Assembly (NCBI RefSeq): GCF_004010195.1
Contig: NC_057719.1
Coordinates: forward strand, 43,649,685-43,713,684
From: Chiloscyllium plagiosum
Taxonomy: Eukaryota
Direction of reading: 5' to 3'
DNA length: 64,000 bases
Shown: piece after piece, positions 36,901 through 51,900 of the stretch
How positions within the stretch are numbered: the stretch's first letter is position 1
Layout: each line of letters begins with the position of its first letter
The notes under the pieces: generated by a model
Database searches by the model: none
What the model was told of the DNA's origin: nothing
Seen by the model: only the letters and a program-made list of their open reading frames with translations
Program-made: the position numbers and the translations under genes

Positions 36901-39900
36901 AAAGAGAACAATGTTTTTAAATTTTTACAATGCTGGGGATTTCTTTTTTTTTTAAATGTAGGATTCCTTTCCACAACTTGTGCAAAATCGCAAGCAATGT
37001 TTAATGTTCCTACACCAATTTAGCAATTATTTTCAAAGAGATTAAATTAATTGTCTTTTTAAGTAGTTAAAGGATGAAGTTCACACTTACCATTTCACAG
37101 TGAGCCTCAGTTTCTTTTCTTAATGGAGGTTCAAACTGAATTTTGTCAACTGCAAAATAATTACTAAAATTAGCTCCAAGGATAATAACAACGAAGACAA
37201 CTAAAGTCAGAAGCTGCAACATGTGTGGGAGAGTGAGAATGAACACCAACTAGCCACAAAAAGACATGACCCACTCTCACTGGTATCCTTACATACAGAT
37301 GAGGAAGAACACCACTTCAACTGAGACAACACATCCACCCTAGGACAAGCCAAACTAACATGCATGAGAAGTCCTAGAAGCACGGCATTCCAATCGGAAC
37401 TCTATCAACATACACATAGACTTGGACCCTATTTACCATTCTCTAAGAAAAAGAACAGGAAACGATGCCACCAACCCAAGGAAACCTAAACACATGAATA
37501 CAAAATGGGTCATGAACACGAGTACTTCACCAGAGGCTCATTGATGATGTTACCTAGTATGGTGATGAAATATCTGAAAACAAACCTTCCAGCTCACTGA
37601 GCAAACTTACACCCTTAGTTATTTCGATCAGGTTTCTGCCTTGTCAAAGAACTGAAAAAGCACTTCTCAAACTCATCAATGACATCCAATGCAAGTATGA
37701 GCATGACAAACTATATTTCTGCATCCTTCATTATCCACAGAGAAGCTTTGATGTGATTAACAATAGCTCCTTCCTCCAGGCTTCTCTGTTGTCATCTAGC
37801 TAGAGGGACTGCACTTGCATTGTCCTGCTATTCTCACCTGTTCTGCAATTACCAGATTTTCAGTGACTAAAAATTCTCTTTCATCTCCCAAAACATTACT
37901 TTGCTATTTTTCTGCCCTTATTTCTCATTGTAATGCACTTGGTCACATGACCCAGGAACATATCAAGTTCATATGTCGGGTGGTAACACCCAGCCTAGTG
38001 GCAACACATCTCTTTCAAATTCTCTAACATCTGATTTGATACACTGCTTGTCAGACAGCTGGTAGTGGGTAACTCAGAATTTCTTAAAGACAAAATCTTC
38101 AGTCCTCACATAAGCTCCATTTCTTAGTCAGTGACCCCACTCTTCTCCAAGGCAACTGAGTTTAAAAGAGGCCAGTTGCAATGTTGGTGCCCTGCCTGAT
38201 CCCAAGAGACCAAAATCTAAGATTGTACAGTGTGTTTAAATGGGAAAAAAAAGATGTCACCACTTGTTAGAAAATAGGTTTGGACACTTATTAAACACTA
38301 AAAAGTTTTAATTTTCACTGGTTCAGTGTATAATTCTGAGATTTAGATTCCCAGTGTGTCAGGCAAATGCAGACTTTTCACCCCAAAAACCCAAGTTCCT
38401 GTGGTTAACAAGTTAATCAGAGCTGTTACTGTTTTATTCTGGAGAAGCTTGAACTGCAATTATCAAAACAAAGAACTTTTCACAAAGTAGGGATAATATT
38501 CTAATTTGATGTACTATACAAATCTGGATAAGTTAAACTGTTTGAAGTAGTATTTATCTACATTAAGCATCAATTACTTTGCTATTGATGTATGGATTTT
38601 AGTAAGGCATTTGATAAGGTTCCCCATGGTAGGCTTATGCGGAAAGTCAGGAGGCATGGGATAGAGGGAAATTTGGCCAATTGGATAGAAAACTGGCTAA
38701 CCGGTCGAAGGCAGAGAGTGGTGGTAGATGGCAAATATTCAGCCTGGAGCCCAGTTACAAGTGGAGTTCCGCAGCAATCAGTTCTAGGTCCTCTGCTGTT
38801 TGTAATTTTTATTAATGACTTAGATGAGGGAGTCGAAGGGTGGGTCAGTAAATTTGCAGATGATACGAAGATAGGTGGAGTTGTGGACAGTGAGGAGGGC
38901 TGTTGTCGGCTGCAGAGGGACTTAGATATGATGCAGAGCTGGGCTGAGGAGTGGCAGATGACTAGTTCAACCCTGCCATGTGTGAGGTTGTCCATTTTGG
39001 AAAGACAAAAAAGAATGCGGAATACAGGGTTAAAGAGGGTGCAGAGAAGATTTACCAGGATGTTGCCTGGAATGGAGAGGGAGTCGTACGAGGATAGGTT
39101 GAGAGTTCTCGGCCTTTTCTCGTTGGAACGGCGAAGGATGAGGGGTGACTTGATAGGGGTTTATAAGATGATCAGAGGAATAGATAGAGTAGACAGTCAG
39201 AGACTTTTTCCCCGGGTACAACAGAGTGTTACAAGGGGACATAAATTTAAGGTGAAGGGTGGAAGGTATAGGGGAGATGTCAGGGGTGGGTTCTTTACCC
39301 AGAGAGTGGTGGGGGCATGGAATGCGCTGCCCGTGGGAGTGGTAGAGTCGGAATCATTGGCGACCTTTAAGCGGCATTTGGATAGGTACATGGATGGGTA
39401 CTTAATCTAGGTTAGAAGTTCGGCACAACATCGTGGGCCGAAGGGCCTGTTCTGTGTTGTATTGTTCTATGTTCTATGTTCTAATTAGCTATTACAATTC
39501 CTAAATGATAAATGGAACACAAAACATCACAAAATTATAAATATGCTAGATTCTGCTACATCCATCATACCAAACATCAGAAGCCTCTTCAAGCGCAGCT
39601 ACAAAAATGCACATTGACTTAACTTTCAGACGACACTTTGTAGCAGAATCTTCCATCAATAATTAACATTATCCATATAGGCAACATCCACTCGCCTACC
39701 CTCAAACAACTCAATGAAATTTGAGACAAAACATCCCCAACACAAAGCCACACTGACTATCCCTAATAAATCCATTCTTTTCCAAATGTGAGTGAATCCT
39801 GTCCCTAAAGAATCTTCTCCAATAATTTCCATAATACTGATCGAAGGCTCACCAGCCTATAATTTCCTTAGACTATTCCTGTTGCTCTACTGAAACAAAG

Positions 39901-42900
39901 GAACAACACTGGCCATTCTTCAGTCTTCAATCTTGACAGATCTTTGTATTCTTTATAGCCACAGACAAGGCTCCAGAAATCTGCTTCCTAGCCTCCCTCA
40001 GTATCCTGGAATAGATCCTCTCAAAAGTTAACAAAAATAGAAAATAGAAAATAGAAATTTAAGACTGAGCCAGGAAATTATCTAGTATGACATTAAGATT
40101 GCCTAATAAGTAGTTTCAGGCATTTATGAATTACATTTCAGATTGCCATCAGCACAAAATGAACAACACTCCTTCCCAAGAGTATTTAAGTTACTTTGTG
40201 AAAAGAAATGTTGCTGTGAGCCCATTTAAAGTAATTTTTCCCTCAAAGCTAGAATAAATGAACAAGTTACCAAAACCTTGTGTGAAGGAACAGGATAGTA
40301 AAGCAAAATAAGTAAAGCTTACTAACAATACCAATCAGCAACTAATTTTAGCTACAATCTAACAACTCCCCATTCAATTCCCAGGTTTTTAACATTTGAG
40401 CTGTGGTCAAATTAACAATTTTCCAAAGACCGAGTTACCGTTCTTTAAAACTGAAACCACTGCAAAATGTACAATGTCAAGAGGTTTTAATTATTCAGTT
40501 AAGTTTCCAACAAAAAAAAACCTTATATCAAGATTGTTTATCGATACTGAAAGATACAGCATGTACTTGTGATGCCACTGTTTAAAAAGGAAGGTAGACA
40601 AAAGATGGGGAATTATAGACCAGTTACCTTAACCTCTGTAGTGGGGGAAGATACTTGGAGTCTATTACCAAGGAAGAAATAGCAAGGCATCTTGATAGAA
40701 GTTGTCCCACTAGGCAGATGCAGCTTGAATTATGAAGGGCAGGCCATTCTTAACAAATAGTTTGGAATTCTATGAAAACATTACGAGCAAGGTGGGCAAT
40801 GGGCACCCAGTGGATGTGGTGTGCCTAGGTTTCCAAAAGGCCTTCGACAAAGTGCTGCATAAGGAGCTGCTACGTAAGATAAAGATGCATGACATTAGAA
40901 GTATTAGCATGGATAGAGGATTGGTTGACTAAGGAAGCAAAGAGTGGGGATAAAAGAGTGCTATTCTGGTTGACAATCAGTAACTAGCGGTGTGCCGCAG
41001 GGATCAGTGTTGGGACCGCAATTATTCACAATTTATATAGATGATTTGGAGTTGAGGACCACACGTAGTGTGTCAAAGTTTGCAGATGACACTCAGATGA
41101 GCTGCAGAGCAAAGTATACAGAGGGCTGTGACACTTTGCAGAGGAACACAGATACTTTAAGTGAGTGGGCAAAAGTCTGGCAGATGGAATACCATGTTGA
41201 TGAATGTGAAGTCATCCACTTTCGTAGGAGTAACAGTAAAAAGGATTATTGCTTGAATGGTAATAAGCTGCAGCATGCTTCTATGCAGAGGGACTAGGGT
41301 GTTCTTGCGCATGAATCACAGAGGGTTGGTCTGCAGATACTACAAGTAATTAGGAAAGCAAATGGAACTTTGTCCTTCATTGCTAAAGGGATTGAGTTTA
41401 AAAGCAGGGAGGTTATGGTGCAGCTGTACAGGGTCCCGGTGAGGCCACACCTGGAATACTGTATGTAGTTTGGGTTGCCTTACTTGAGAAAGGATGTACT
41501 GGACCTATAGGGGGTGCAGAGGAGGTTCACTAGGTTGATTCCAGGATTGAAGGGATCGGCTTAGGAGGACTGACTGAGTAGACTGGGATTACATTCATTG
41601 GAATTTAGAAGAATGAGGGGGCATCTTATAGAAACACAAAATTATGAATAGAGAGATGATTCCACTGATGAGTGAAACTCGGACAAGAGGGCATAGCCTC
41701 AAAATTATACAGCAGATTTAGGACTGAATTGAGAAGGAACTTCTTCACCCAGAGTGTTGTATATCTATGAATGCCCTGCCCAGTGAAGTAGTTGACACTA
41801 CTTCAGTAAAATGTTTTTAAAGCGAAGATAGATTTTTTTGGAACAATAAAGGAATTAAGGGTTACAGTGAGTGTGTCAGTAAGTGGAGCTTAGTCCACGA
41901 AAAGATCAGCCATGATCTTATTGAATGGTGGAGCAGGATCAAAGGGCCAGATGGCCTACTCCTGCTCCTAGTTCTTACGTTTTGTACTGTATCAATAATA
42001 AGGCAAGGAATTGGCAAATGAAATCAAACACTCACAGTTAAGCTCGGACTGTGTCTTTTCTGCTCTCACGTTCTTGCAACTGGAGCGAATGGTATGAGGA
42101 ACAGCGGAGAGTGACTGCAAAAGAAGGAAAGAGGGAATTACAATACAAAAATGTTAGCTCTTCGGTACATGGAACTTCTTGGGAGAGTCAAACAAGCATG
42201 ATGCCAACAATGAGCCTTTAGCTTGCCACACTTGTTTGGCAAAATCATCTTTCAGGGGTTAATGATGAGTACATCCATTAATACACCCTTCCCATTTGGT
42301 ACCACAGAAAACAGATTGAATGATTTGTAATTACAGGTCTTGAATTCTTAATTTAACGAACAGTATACATAGCTTGTTAACCTATTAATTGGCGAATGAT
42401 CAGTGAAACTGACATTTCAGATTTGGGCAGAACATTGGCCAATCTCATTTTAGCTTTAGCCAGCTGCATTATTTGAATCTGGTTTGTTACCATACTGTCG
42501 TGTACACATTACAAAATGCTGGATTCCTTGGATTTGTCTTTGGGTTCAGTATCCTTCGTTTATTTTTTAAGGTCAATCTTTTTTAGTTAATTTAATTGAT
42601 CTTCAATTTGCAGTATTATTCAAGTGGTGCTTTGAAAACAAGTAAACAAAATTGTTCTCTTCATGTTATTTCATACCTCAAGGTCATCATCATCTGCCTC
42701 GCTGAAATGGTGATTGTCAGGATTATTGACTTTGTCCAACAACTCTAATGCCAACGATTTGGATAAGATTGGTTGTGTTAGAAATGAATGCTAAAGAAGC
42801 AAAAATAAACAAATATGAATTCTCAAAAGAAAGTACTGAGTGAAGTTTACTGCTCATGCATTTTATAATCAAATGCCATGGACCTTAGGATCAATTACAG

Positions 42901-45900
42901 GAGCCAATCACTTCTTGAAACACTGCTAAATTACTGCAAAAGAAAAATACTCATTACAAGTTTCAGACTTAAATACCTTAACTACAGAAGTGCTGGTTAT
43001 TCTTGCAAGTATTTTGATTGCCTTCAGTTCAGAACCATGATTGAATGATCCAATATTTAATTGTACAGTAGTTTAACTCAACAACTTGCATTTACTGACT
43101 TTAACATAATAAAACATTAAATATAAAACTCTGCTTCCGCCATACTCAAGATTAGATTAGATTACATTACATTACATTACAGTGTGGAAACAGGCCCTTC
43201 GGCCCAACAAGTCCACACCGACCCGCCGAAGCGAAACCCACCCATACCCCTACATTTACCCCTTACCTAACACTACGGGCAATTTAGTATGGCCAATTCA
43301 CCTGACCCTGCACATCTTTGGACTGTGGGAGGAAACCGGAGCACCCGGAGGAAACCCACGCAGACACGGGGAGAACGTGCAAACTCCACACAGTCAGTCG
43401 CCTGAGGCGGGAATTGAACCCGGGTCTCTGGCGCTGTGAGGCAGCAGTGCTAACCACTGTGCCACCGTGCCACCCAGATTCAAGCAGCACATTCCAGATT
43501 CTAATCATTTAATGTGCATATACAACTAACGTTAAAAATCACACAACATCACAAATATAACAGACATTCTGCACCTCTGGAAATATTCACATAAAATATC
43601 TGATTCATACTCTCTACAAATACTTTCATATCCTTCCTGTAAGTGTGGTACCTAAACTTTGATAGTTCAGACCTGGCCAGCATTTTACAAAGTTACACCA
43701 CAAAATCCTGCTTCCGTACTTTACTGCTTTATTTATAAACTCGGGAAACCTATGACTTCTTAACAACTTTCAATACCTGCCACATCACTTTCAATCATTT
43801 ATAGCCTCAAGTCTTTCTACTCATGCACCACTTTCAAACTGTACTCTTTTTGTCTCTTCTTGCTTCTATACAAGTCAAAGATCACACAACACCGGGTCAT
43901 AATCCAACAGGTTTATTTGAAACCGCTAGCTTTCAGAGACGTGCTCCTTCCTTAGGCAGCTAGTAAGAAAGAATACATCGGACACAGAATTTTACAGTAA
44001 AATATCAAAAGGGTCAGACAACTTATGTGAATGTATTCAACAAACCAAGATGGCTGTTATGTCTTGAATCCGTTAGACTTCAGATGTAGGTTTCAATTGA
44101 ACAACATGTAAATCACTGCCCCAAGATAACATCAGGTTTTATCAGAATAAAGGTGACATCTTAGGTCATACAATGCATTTTAGGTGTGAGGCCATATGTT
44201 CGTATTTCATCCTGGAAGCAGATTGGTTTTCTTTAAAAAATAGGAATTTATAAAATGCCATACCAACTGACTATTTAGATTGTGCACTTTTTGAACAAAG
44301 TAGAATGTACCTGCAAATTCAAATCTGCAATTTCACCCAAGAATTTATATGTGTACGTGTATGCATTTGGGAGGGGTGGGGGAGGGAGAAGAGGAAGAGC
44401 GTGTGTTTGCATGTGAGAGAGAGAAAAAGAGAGAGAGAGAAAGAGAGAGAGAGAGAAAAAGAGAGCGAGCGAGAGAGAAAAAGAGAGCGAGAGAGAGAGA
44501 AAAGAGCGAGAGAGAGAGAAAAGAGCGAGAGAGAGAGAAAAGAGCGAGAGAGAGAGAAAAGAGCGAGAGAGAGAGAAAAGAGCGAGAGAGAGAGAAAAGA
44601 GCGCAAAAAGAGAAAGAAAAGAGAAGAGAGAATGGGGGGGGGGGGGGAAAGAGAGAGAGCGCGAGAGACGGCAAAAGAAAGGAGAGCGAGAGAGAGTGAC
44701 AGAGCGTGAGCGAGTCTGTGAAAGTGTTTTTGTGTGAGAGTGCGTGTATGTGCCCATGTGTATGAATGTGTGACAGTGTAGAGTGTAGTGGGCTAAATAG
44801 AAAGAAACACAGCTTGTCTATGCCTTAAGTATCATTATTCTTCTCACACAGTTCACAACATTCCCAAATTAGGTGTAATCGGCAAATTTTGAAATTATTC
44901 CCTAAAAGTGCAAGATATTTGACACTGAATGACGTCACAGATTAGAGTACTGAACCAAGGAAACTTCAAACACACTTTAGACAATTATGCACTACTGCTA
45001 TTTGCATTATCCAGACAATTTCACATCCAATTTGCTGCTGTCTCTCTCTTATCCCATAGGCTTCAACTTTGCTGACAAGCCAGTCATGTGGCAGTTCAAA
45101 TGCTGTTCAGCAGTTAATCAACCTTGTTAGTTCAACAAAAACCCAATCTAGTTAAACACAAATTGTTCTCAACAAGTCCGTACTGGTTTTCCGTAGCTTA
45201 GACATTTATACGAATTGAATATCACGTGTACAGAGGCACAGTGAAAAGCTTTGTCTTGCAAGCAATACAGGCAGATCACAGAGTTAAGTAGCATAGATAA
45301 GTAAATAATAGGTAAACAGCAGCAAAATCGAAAACACAGGTACAGACAAATGTTCAGAGTTTGAGAGTCCATTCAGTATTCTAACAACAAACTGTTACAA
45401 AACTGGCTGGTGCACATGTTCAGGCTTCTGTACCTTCTCTCCGATAGGAAAGGTTGTAGAAAAACATTGCCAGGGTGGGAAGGATCTTTGAGAATGCTGG
45501 CGGCCCTTCCTTGACAGCGGGCCTGGTACATGGATTTTATAGATGGAAGGTTGGCCTTCGTGATTGTCCAGGCTGAGTTCACCACTCTCTGTAACCGCCT
45601 CCAATCTTAAACGTTACAGTTGCCATACCAGGTAGTGATACATCCAGACAGAATGGTCTCGATGGCACACCTATAAAGGTTGGCAAGGGTATTTGCTGTC
45701 ATGCCAAATTTCCTCAGCTGCCTGAGGAAGAAGAGGCCTTGTTGGGCCTTTGTAACCAGTACATCCACATGAAGAGTCCAAGAAAGCTTGTTGTGGATGA
45801 CCACTCCAAGGAGTTGGACACTCTCCACTCGCTCCACCTCTGTGCTGTTTAAATGTGTGGGCGGCATGAGTAACATCCCGCCAAAGTCAATAATGAGTTC

Positions 45901-48900
45901 CTTGGTTTTGCATTGAGAGAAAGGTTGTTCTCAGTGCTACATTTTTCCAGGTCTTCCATCTCCTGTCTGTAATTCGTTTTGTTGTCAACTGAGATTTGAC
46001 CGACTATGGTGGTGTCATCAGTGAACTTGTAAATGGCATTAGTCTGGTATTTGGCAAAGAAGTCATGGGTATACAGTGAGTACAGAAAAGGGCTGAATAT
46101 GCACCCCTCGGGGGCTCCATGTTGAGTGTCAGTGAAGGTGAAATACTGTCCCCAATCTTCACTGATTGCGGCCTGTGGGTCAGGAAACTGAGGATCCAGT
46201 TAGAGAATGGGGCTTGGTTCAAGTTCACTAAGTTTAGTAATCAGTCTTGAAGGAGTAATAGTGTTGAAGGCTGAACTGTAGTCAATGAGTAGGATTCTTA
46301 TGCAGCTGTTCTTGGTGTCAAGATGTTCTAAGGAGAAGCGAAGGGCAAGTGATATGGTATCTGACGTGGATCTGTTGATCAGATAGGAAAATTGGAATGG
46401 GTCAAGAAGAGTGGGGAGGCTGGAGTTGATGAATGCCATGACCAGCACTTTCAAAGCACTTCATGACCACCAAAGTTAGGGCCACTGGGTAGTAATCATT
46501 GAGACATGCTACATGAGCCTTCTTAGGCATAGCGATGATGTTGGCTCTTTTGAAACATTCAGGAACAATGGCCTGCTGCAGAGAGAGGTTGAAGATGACA
46601 GAGAAGACCTCCGCCAGTTGATCTGCGCATGCTCTGAGTGCATGGCTTGGTACTCTGTCTGGTCCCATCGCTTTCCTTGGATTCACATGAAGGAAAACTG
46701 AACTGACCTCTGATGCAGTGACTATTGGGATAGGTTCGCCAGGACTTGTCAGAATAGGCGCTACCTCTTTGCTGAAATTCTGCTCAAAGTGAGCATGTGT
46801 TACAGCTCTTGATTTTTGTTTATTTTTATTATATTCTTTTATCAATTTTGGTTTGGAGCTGTGAACTGGAAGTCAAGGATGACATTTGGATTCTGGGTAA
46901 CAACTTGCATTAAAAAAAGAAACCAAATAACCTTTGCTTATTCGGGAGGCCAAGCCTGGAACTCAATTGTAGGTTACTTTCTGATCAAAAGGTTCTGTAG
47001 ATGTTTCACTGGGGAAGAGCATTATGCTTGAATAGATAGCAAATGTTGGCCATTAATAAGGTCAGTACCCAGGAATTGGTTCGAACAAGTCTGGAAAAGA
47101 CCTTGTGCTTAAGCAAACGGCAGATATTGAAAGGTAACTCAAACCTAGTAGAGGAAGACAGTCAGTCTGTCAGGGAATGGTTAGAGTTTGGATTGGGCTT
47201 TAGACTATGTTTTCTCTGAAGGAGGTATCTAGCTGTTGATATGACAGCATGAAAATTTGAAAGCTTCCTGTCTAACTTCTAATAAGCAGATCTTGGAAGT
47301 TCAATGAACTGAAAACTAAATTATGAATGAACTAAATTATGAAGGTCACCATGATTAATTTCTTCAGAAAATCAACTAAGAAATCATTATCTGCACTTGT
47401 GGACCAATGCACTGCAAAAATCACAACTAATCTACCCAATTATTTTCTTCTATTTATCCCGTTTGTTTGTCTGGGTCTTTTGTGTGTATAAGGCTGAAAA
47501 CAAAGGTTTGGGTTAAATTACTTTTTTTTTGTCTGCTAATGTTATCATGCTGCTATTAAATGGTTAAGTTTTTTGCTTAAAACACAAAATAGCTTCTGAG
47601 GGTCTTAGAGGGTTTGAAGGTTGATTTGATTTGGATATCTATTTAAGGTGGAACGCAACTAACAGCTGTTGTGTATGCCCAGATAATCATTCCTAAAATC
47701 TTTCCTACCAAAAGGTTAAGCTGACTGGCATATAGTTAAGGAGTTAATTCTTGCTCCCTTCTTGGAAGGAAAGTGTAAAATTTATAATTCTCCATTCCTG
47801 TCACCATTGCTATATTTCCAGCTGCTCATCCACTTTCAACTCTAGGTTTGTCACTACTGAATGCTACCTACCCTTTACTCTCATGCATCTTATCCTCCTT
47901 AGGATTTCATACCTTGTTTAATCCTTTTAAAATTCTCCACTAACTCCAATGTTTTGGCTTTTGTTTTTTAAAGTTGCAGTGTTATTGAAATGAAGAGGCT
48001 CTGAGTTTAAGTCCTCCAGGAATTAAAGTGCGCAATCCAGGGTAACAATGTCACATGCATTAACTGTTGCTGGCAAGAGGCATTAAATAGATCACAACTG
48101 TTTAATTAGGTAGAAGTACAAGTCCCAAGTCACTCCTACAGAAGAGCAGATTGTTCAAATGTCATTGCTACAGAGGAAATGCAAGCCATTTTATACTTTT
48201 CTATAAATCATTGTAATTAATTTTTGTGGGATGTTTATTGAGTTCTTGGTGGATGAAGGATTCAAAGCAGAAATGCTTGAGTTCTACTTTCAATTATTTG
48301 GATGGATTGTTTGTGTTAAGAATTGTGTTAAGGATCTGCTGCTTGAATGTGATTATTACAAATCATAACCACATTCACGATCACAATTGACAGTTAATGT
48401 GAACATTGGTAAACAGATAAGATCACATGATGCCCCATTTTCCTACAAACGAACACTGAATACTGCTACAATAGTGATTCACAGACTTATATATTCACAT
48501 TTAGAAGATAAGTATGTTGACCAATTTAACATCAAATCAAGAGAACACTGCCTCACCTTCGACTTCCCTGATTGTATCTTTCACTCTAGTCTAAGCCTAG
48601 TATTTCAATCCCTTTACTCCCTAACTTCCTAATCCATCTAATCGTCACCTCCTCATACTCAAAGCAAGAGAAAGGGAGGATCCTTGGTCAATTGGCAGAA
48701 AGGATGAGAATACAGCTATGAAGGTCATGTTTTGCTGTAACCCATACTCCAAATGCTGTCCATAGATTTGCTTATTTTCCCCAATTTGTCAATGACCTCA
48801 CTTGATCACAAACAGCCTTAATTAAAGCAAAAACAAAACAAACAACATTCCGATGATGGTTCACTGGACCTGAACCATTAATTTTGCTTTCTCTCCACAA

Positions 48901-51900
48901 ATGCTGCCAGACCTGCTGAGATTTTCCAATAATTTGTTTCTGTTTCAGGTTTCCAGCATATGCAGTTCTTGCCTTTATTTCAGTCTTAACTAAATACATT
49001 CACAGATAATCAATGTGAAGTACATAAGATCAATAAAGTGGCATATTCCATAAGGTCAGAAAGAGGAATAAACAGCTCAGTCAAGCCTACTAAAATAAAG
49101 CACTACTGATAATCTGGAAGAACATTCTATCCTGACAACCAGTCATCCAAACTCTGAAGGAGAAATTGGTAGATGTCATTTCATTGTAGGTGGATAAATA
49201 TGGCATTGTTTAAAATATGCAGCTAAGCCATGTACAAAGGCATATTTCCATTGGTCTGGAAATATAGATTCTTATTGCAATCAATGTTAACTCTCGTCCT
49301 AAAGCTAAAATTTACTTACAGTCAGCAGCTTTTCCGCTGTTGGTCTCTTCTTTGGATTTTTTGTCAATGCTACTTTGAGAAAACTATGGAATGTTGTGCT
49401 CCTAAAAAGAGTGAACTTGGATATTACAGCTGTTTGTGAAAAACAAATCCAGCCATTTTCAATAATAATTTCAACAGTAGCGACAATTGTTGCCTTGTGA
49501 TACTCTTCAATTGCAACTGGGTTTTAATTGTTACTTCCACAGCTAAATAGGATTAAAATGCTTGACATACACATTTGCAATTCTATCATCTTTACTATGT
49601 GATAAGTTATCAAAATAAAATTCCTCAAATCAATTCACACCACAAGCACTGTGTTGAGTTTTGGGCAGCAAATTAATTAGCCATTGGAAATAATTTCACA
49701 AAGAGTCATTAGTCTGATTCCAAGTCTTAAAAGGTCTAATTACGGCCAAAGTCTGAAAAGGCTTGGACTTTAAAGTCACAAACAGAGAAAGCTTAGGACT
49801 GATGTTTGAGGTCAATAATTCTCAACTTGGGCTGTACCAATCATTTCTGGTACTGCACATTGTATCTCTGACAATTTCCACTTGTCTCAAAGGCATATGC
49901 ATAAGCAATTGGGACACAATTTGCAAATGGACAAGTCCTGTTGTGGGGTCAATGACCCCAACAGCTATCCTTTTATTGATTTGGCCTTATGTATTTTCAC
50001 ATTAATCACTCAAGTTCATTGCAGATGATAGTTTGACAGGTTTGCTCAAATGAATTCAGCACTACTTTTTCTACAGCACTCAAAAAGGTGTTGAAGCCAT
50101 TTAGTAACCCTATTATTATCTTAATCAATGACAACAATGAATACAAAAGTATCAAGCTTGCATGTTCATTCACAATGGCATGGGCAAGGTATCTCCATCT
50201 CTTAAAGAATTGTTGCTCAGTACCAGCAATAAGTTTCACAGAAGTAAATAAAGAAAGATAGTAATATTTGCTGAATTAATTTTTAAAAACAGAAAAATAT
50301 CTCATGCTGTGAAGTTAAAAAACACACAATACCAGCTTATAGTTCACCAGGTTTATTTGGAACCACGAGCTTTTGAGCCACTGCCTCTTCATCAGGTGGT
50401 TGTGGAACATGACAAATGACACAGAATTTATAGCAAAAGGGTTACAGTGTCATGGAGTTGTAATGATATGTTAAACAACTTTAGTTAAAAATCACACAAC
50501 ACCAAGTTATAGTTCTTAAACAAATTTAGATTAAGTCTTTTATCTTTTAGAATGGATATGGTGGTTTGGGTTCTTTAATATGTAAATCCCAGAATTATAT
50601 TAATTAGCCATTGGAAACAACTTCACAGAGTCATTAGTCTGATTCCCAGTCTTAAAAAGGTCTAAATATGATCAAAGTCTGAAAAAGCTTGGACTTAAGT
50701 CACAAAAGGAGAAAGCTTATCTAATAATAGGTGTCATCCCAGCTCTGACAATGTATTAAATGTGTGAAGGTAATATCTGTACCAATGTTGAGTTAATTCT
50801 ATCTCTAAAGTGGGGCACACAGAATCTCACATGGATTCATGCAGTTTTTGAGCAAAACAAAATGTAATTCTGCAAATACGAATTCACCCCATAAACATAT
50901 ATGCGTGCGTGTGCAGGAGAGACAGAGTAAGTGTGTGGGTGTGAGTGCATGTGAAAGATTGTGTATAAGCTTGGTCAAGTATGTGTAGGAGTGTGATGAG
51001 ATATAAGCCTGCAAGAGGGTGTGTGCATGGGGGGTGCATGTGTGTCTATGAAAGAGGGTCTGCGCGAGTGTATATAGGAGTGTGTGCATGTGAGCGCAAG
51101 AGTGTGCACAACCCTGTCACAGTATTTGCTGCAAGACATGTCAGAGTGTCGACATGGATACCACCATTACACCAAATATGCAACAGGTATCTGATGTGAC
51201 TCGTCCAACGTTGTCTATCTCACATGCTGCAGGCAGGGATGCCCTGAGGCTTAGTACATTGGCAAGACTGAACAGACGTTAAGACAACGGATGAATGGAC
51301 AGCGTGCAACGATCACCAGACAAGACTGTTCCCTCCCAAAAAGAGAACACTTCAGTGGTCCGGGACATTCGGCCTCGCACCTCCGGGTGACCATCCTCCA
51401 AGGCAGATTTCGGGACTTGCAACAACGCATACTGGCTGAGCAGAGGCTGATAGCCAAGTTGGATACCCATGGGGAAGGTCTCAACTGGGACCTTGGGTTC
51501 ATGTCACACTACAGGTGACCCCACTGCACTATACTCTCATACATAAGCTCTCTCTCATACACACACACGTGCACTCCCCCATGCACCCTCTTACAGGCTT
51601 ATACACCATCACACTCACACACATACTTGACCAAGCTTACACATACATACATATAGACCCACTGTGTCTCCTGCATGCACTGACATAAAAGTTTGAGGTG
51701 AACTTGTATTTGCAGAATGACATGATTTTGCTCAAAATCTGCAAAAATCCATGTAAAATTCTGTAAGCCCAACTTTAGAAATAGAATTGACTCAACATTG
51801 GTACAGACTTTACCTTCACACATTTAATGCATTGTCTGTGCTGAGGTGGCACCTATTAGTGAGCTGGCACCACTTTGAGAATATAATTCTGGGATTCACA

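Noticed and set aside
38592..39410. 272-aa RT-like ORF as a functional or domesticated gene
   Set aside because: 5'-truncated CR1 with a frameshift and an internal deletion
44275..44757. Five overlapping RE-rich or SL-rich ORFs
   Set aside because: Artefacts of the GA microsatellite
46797..47600. Possible LTR starting TGTTACA next to the Rex1/Babar fragment
   Set aside because: No matching 3' terminus or TSD found
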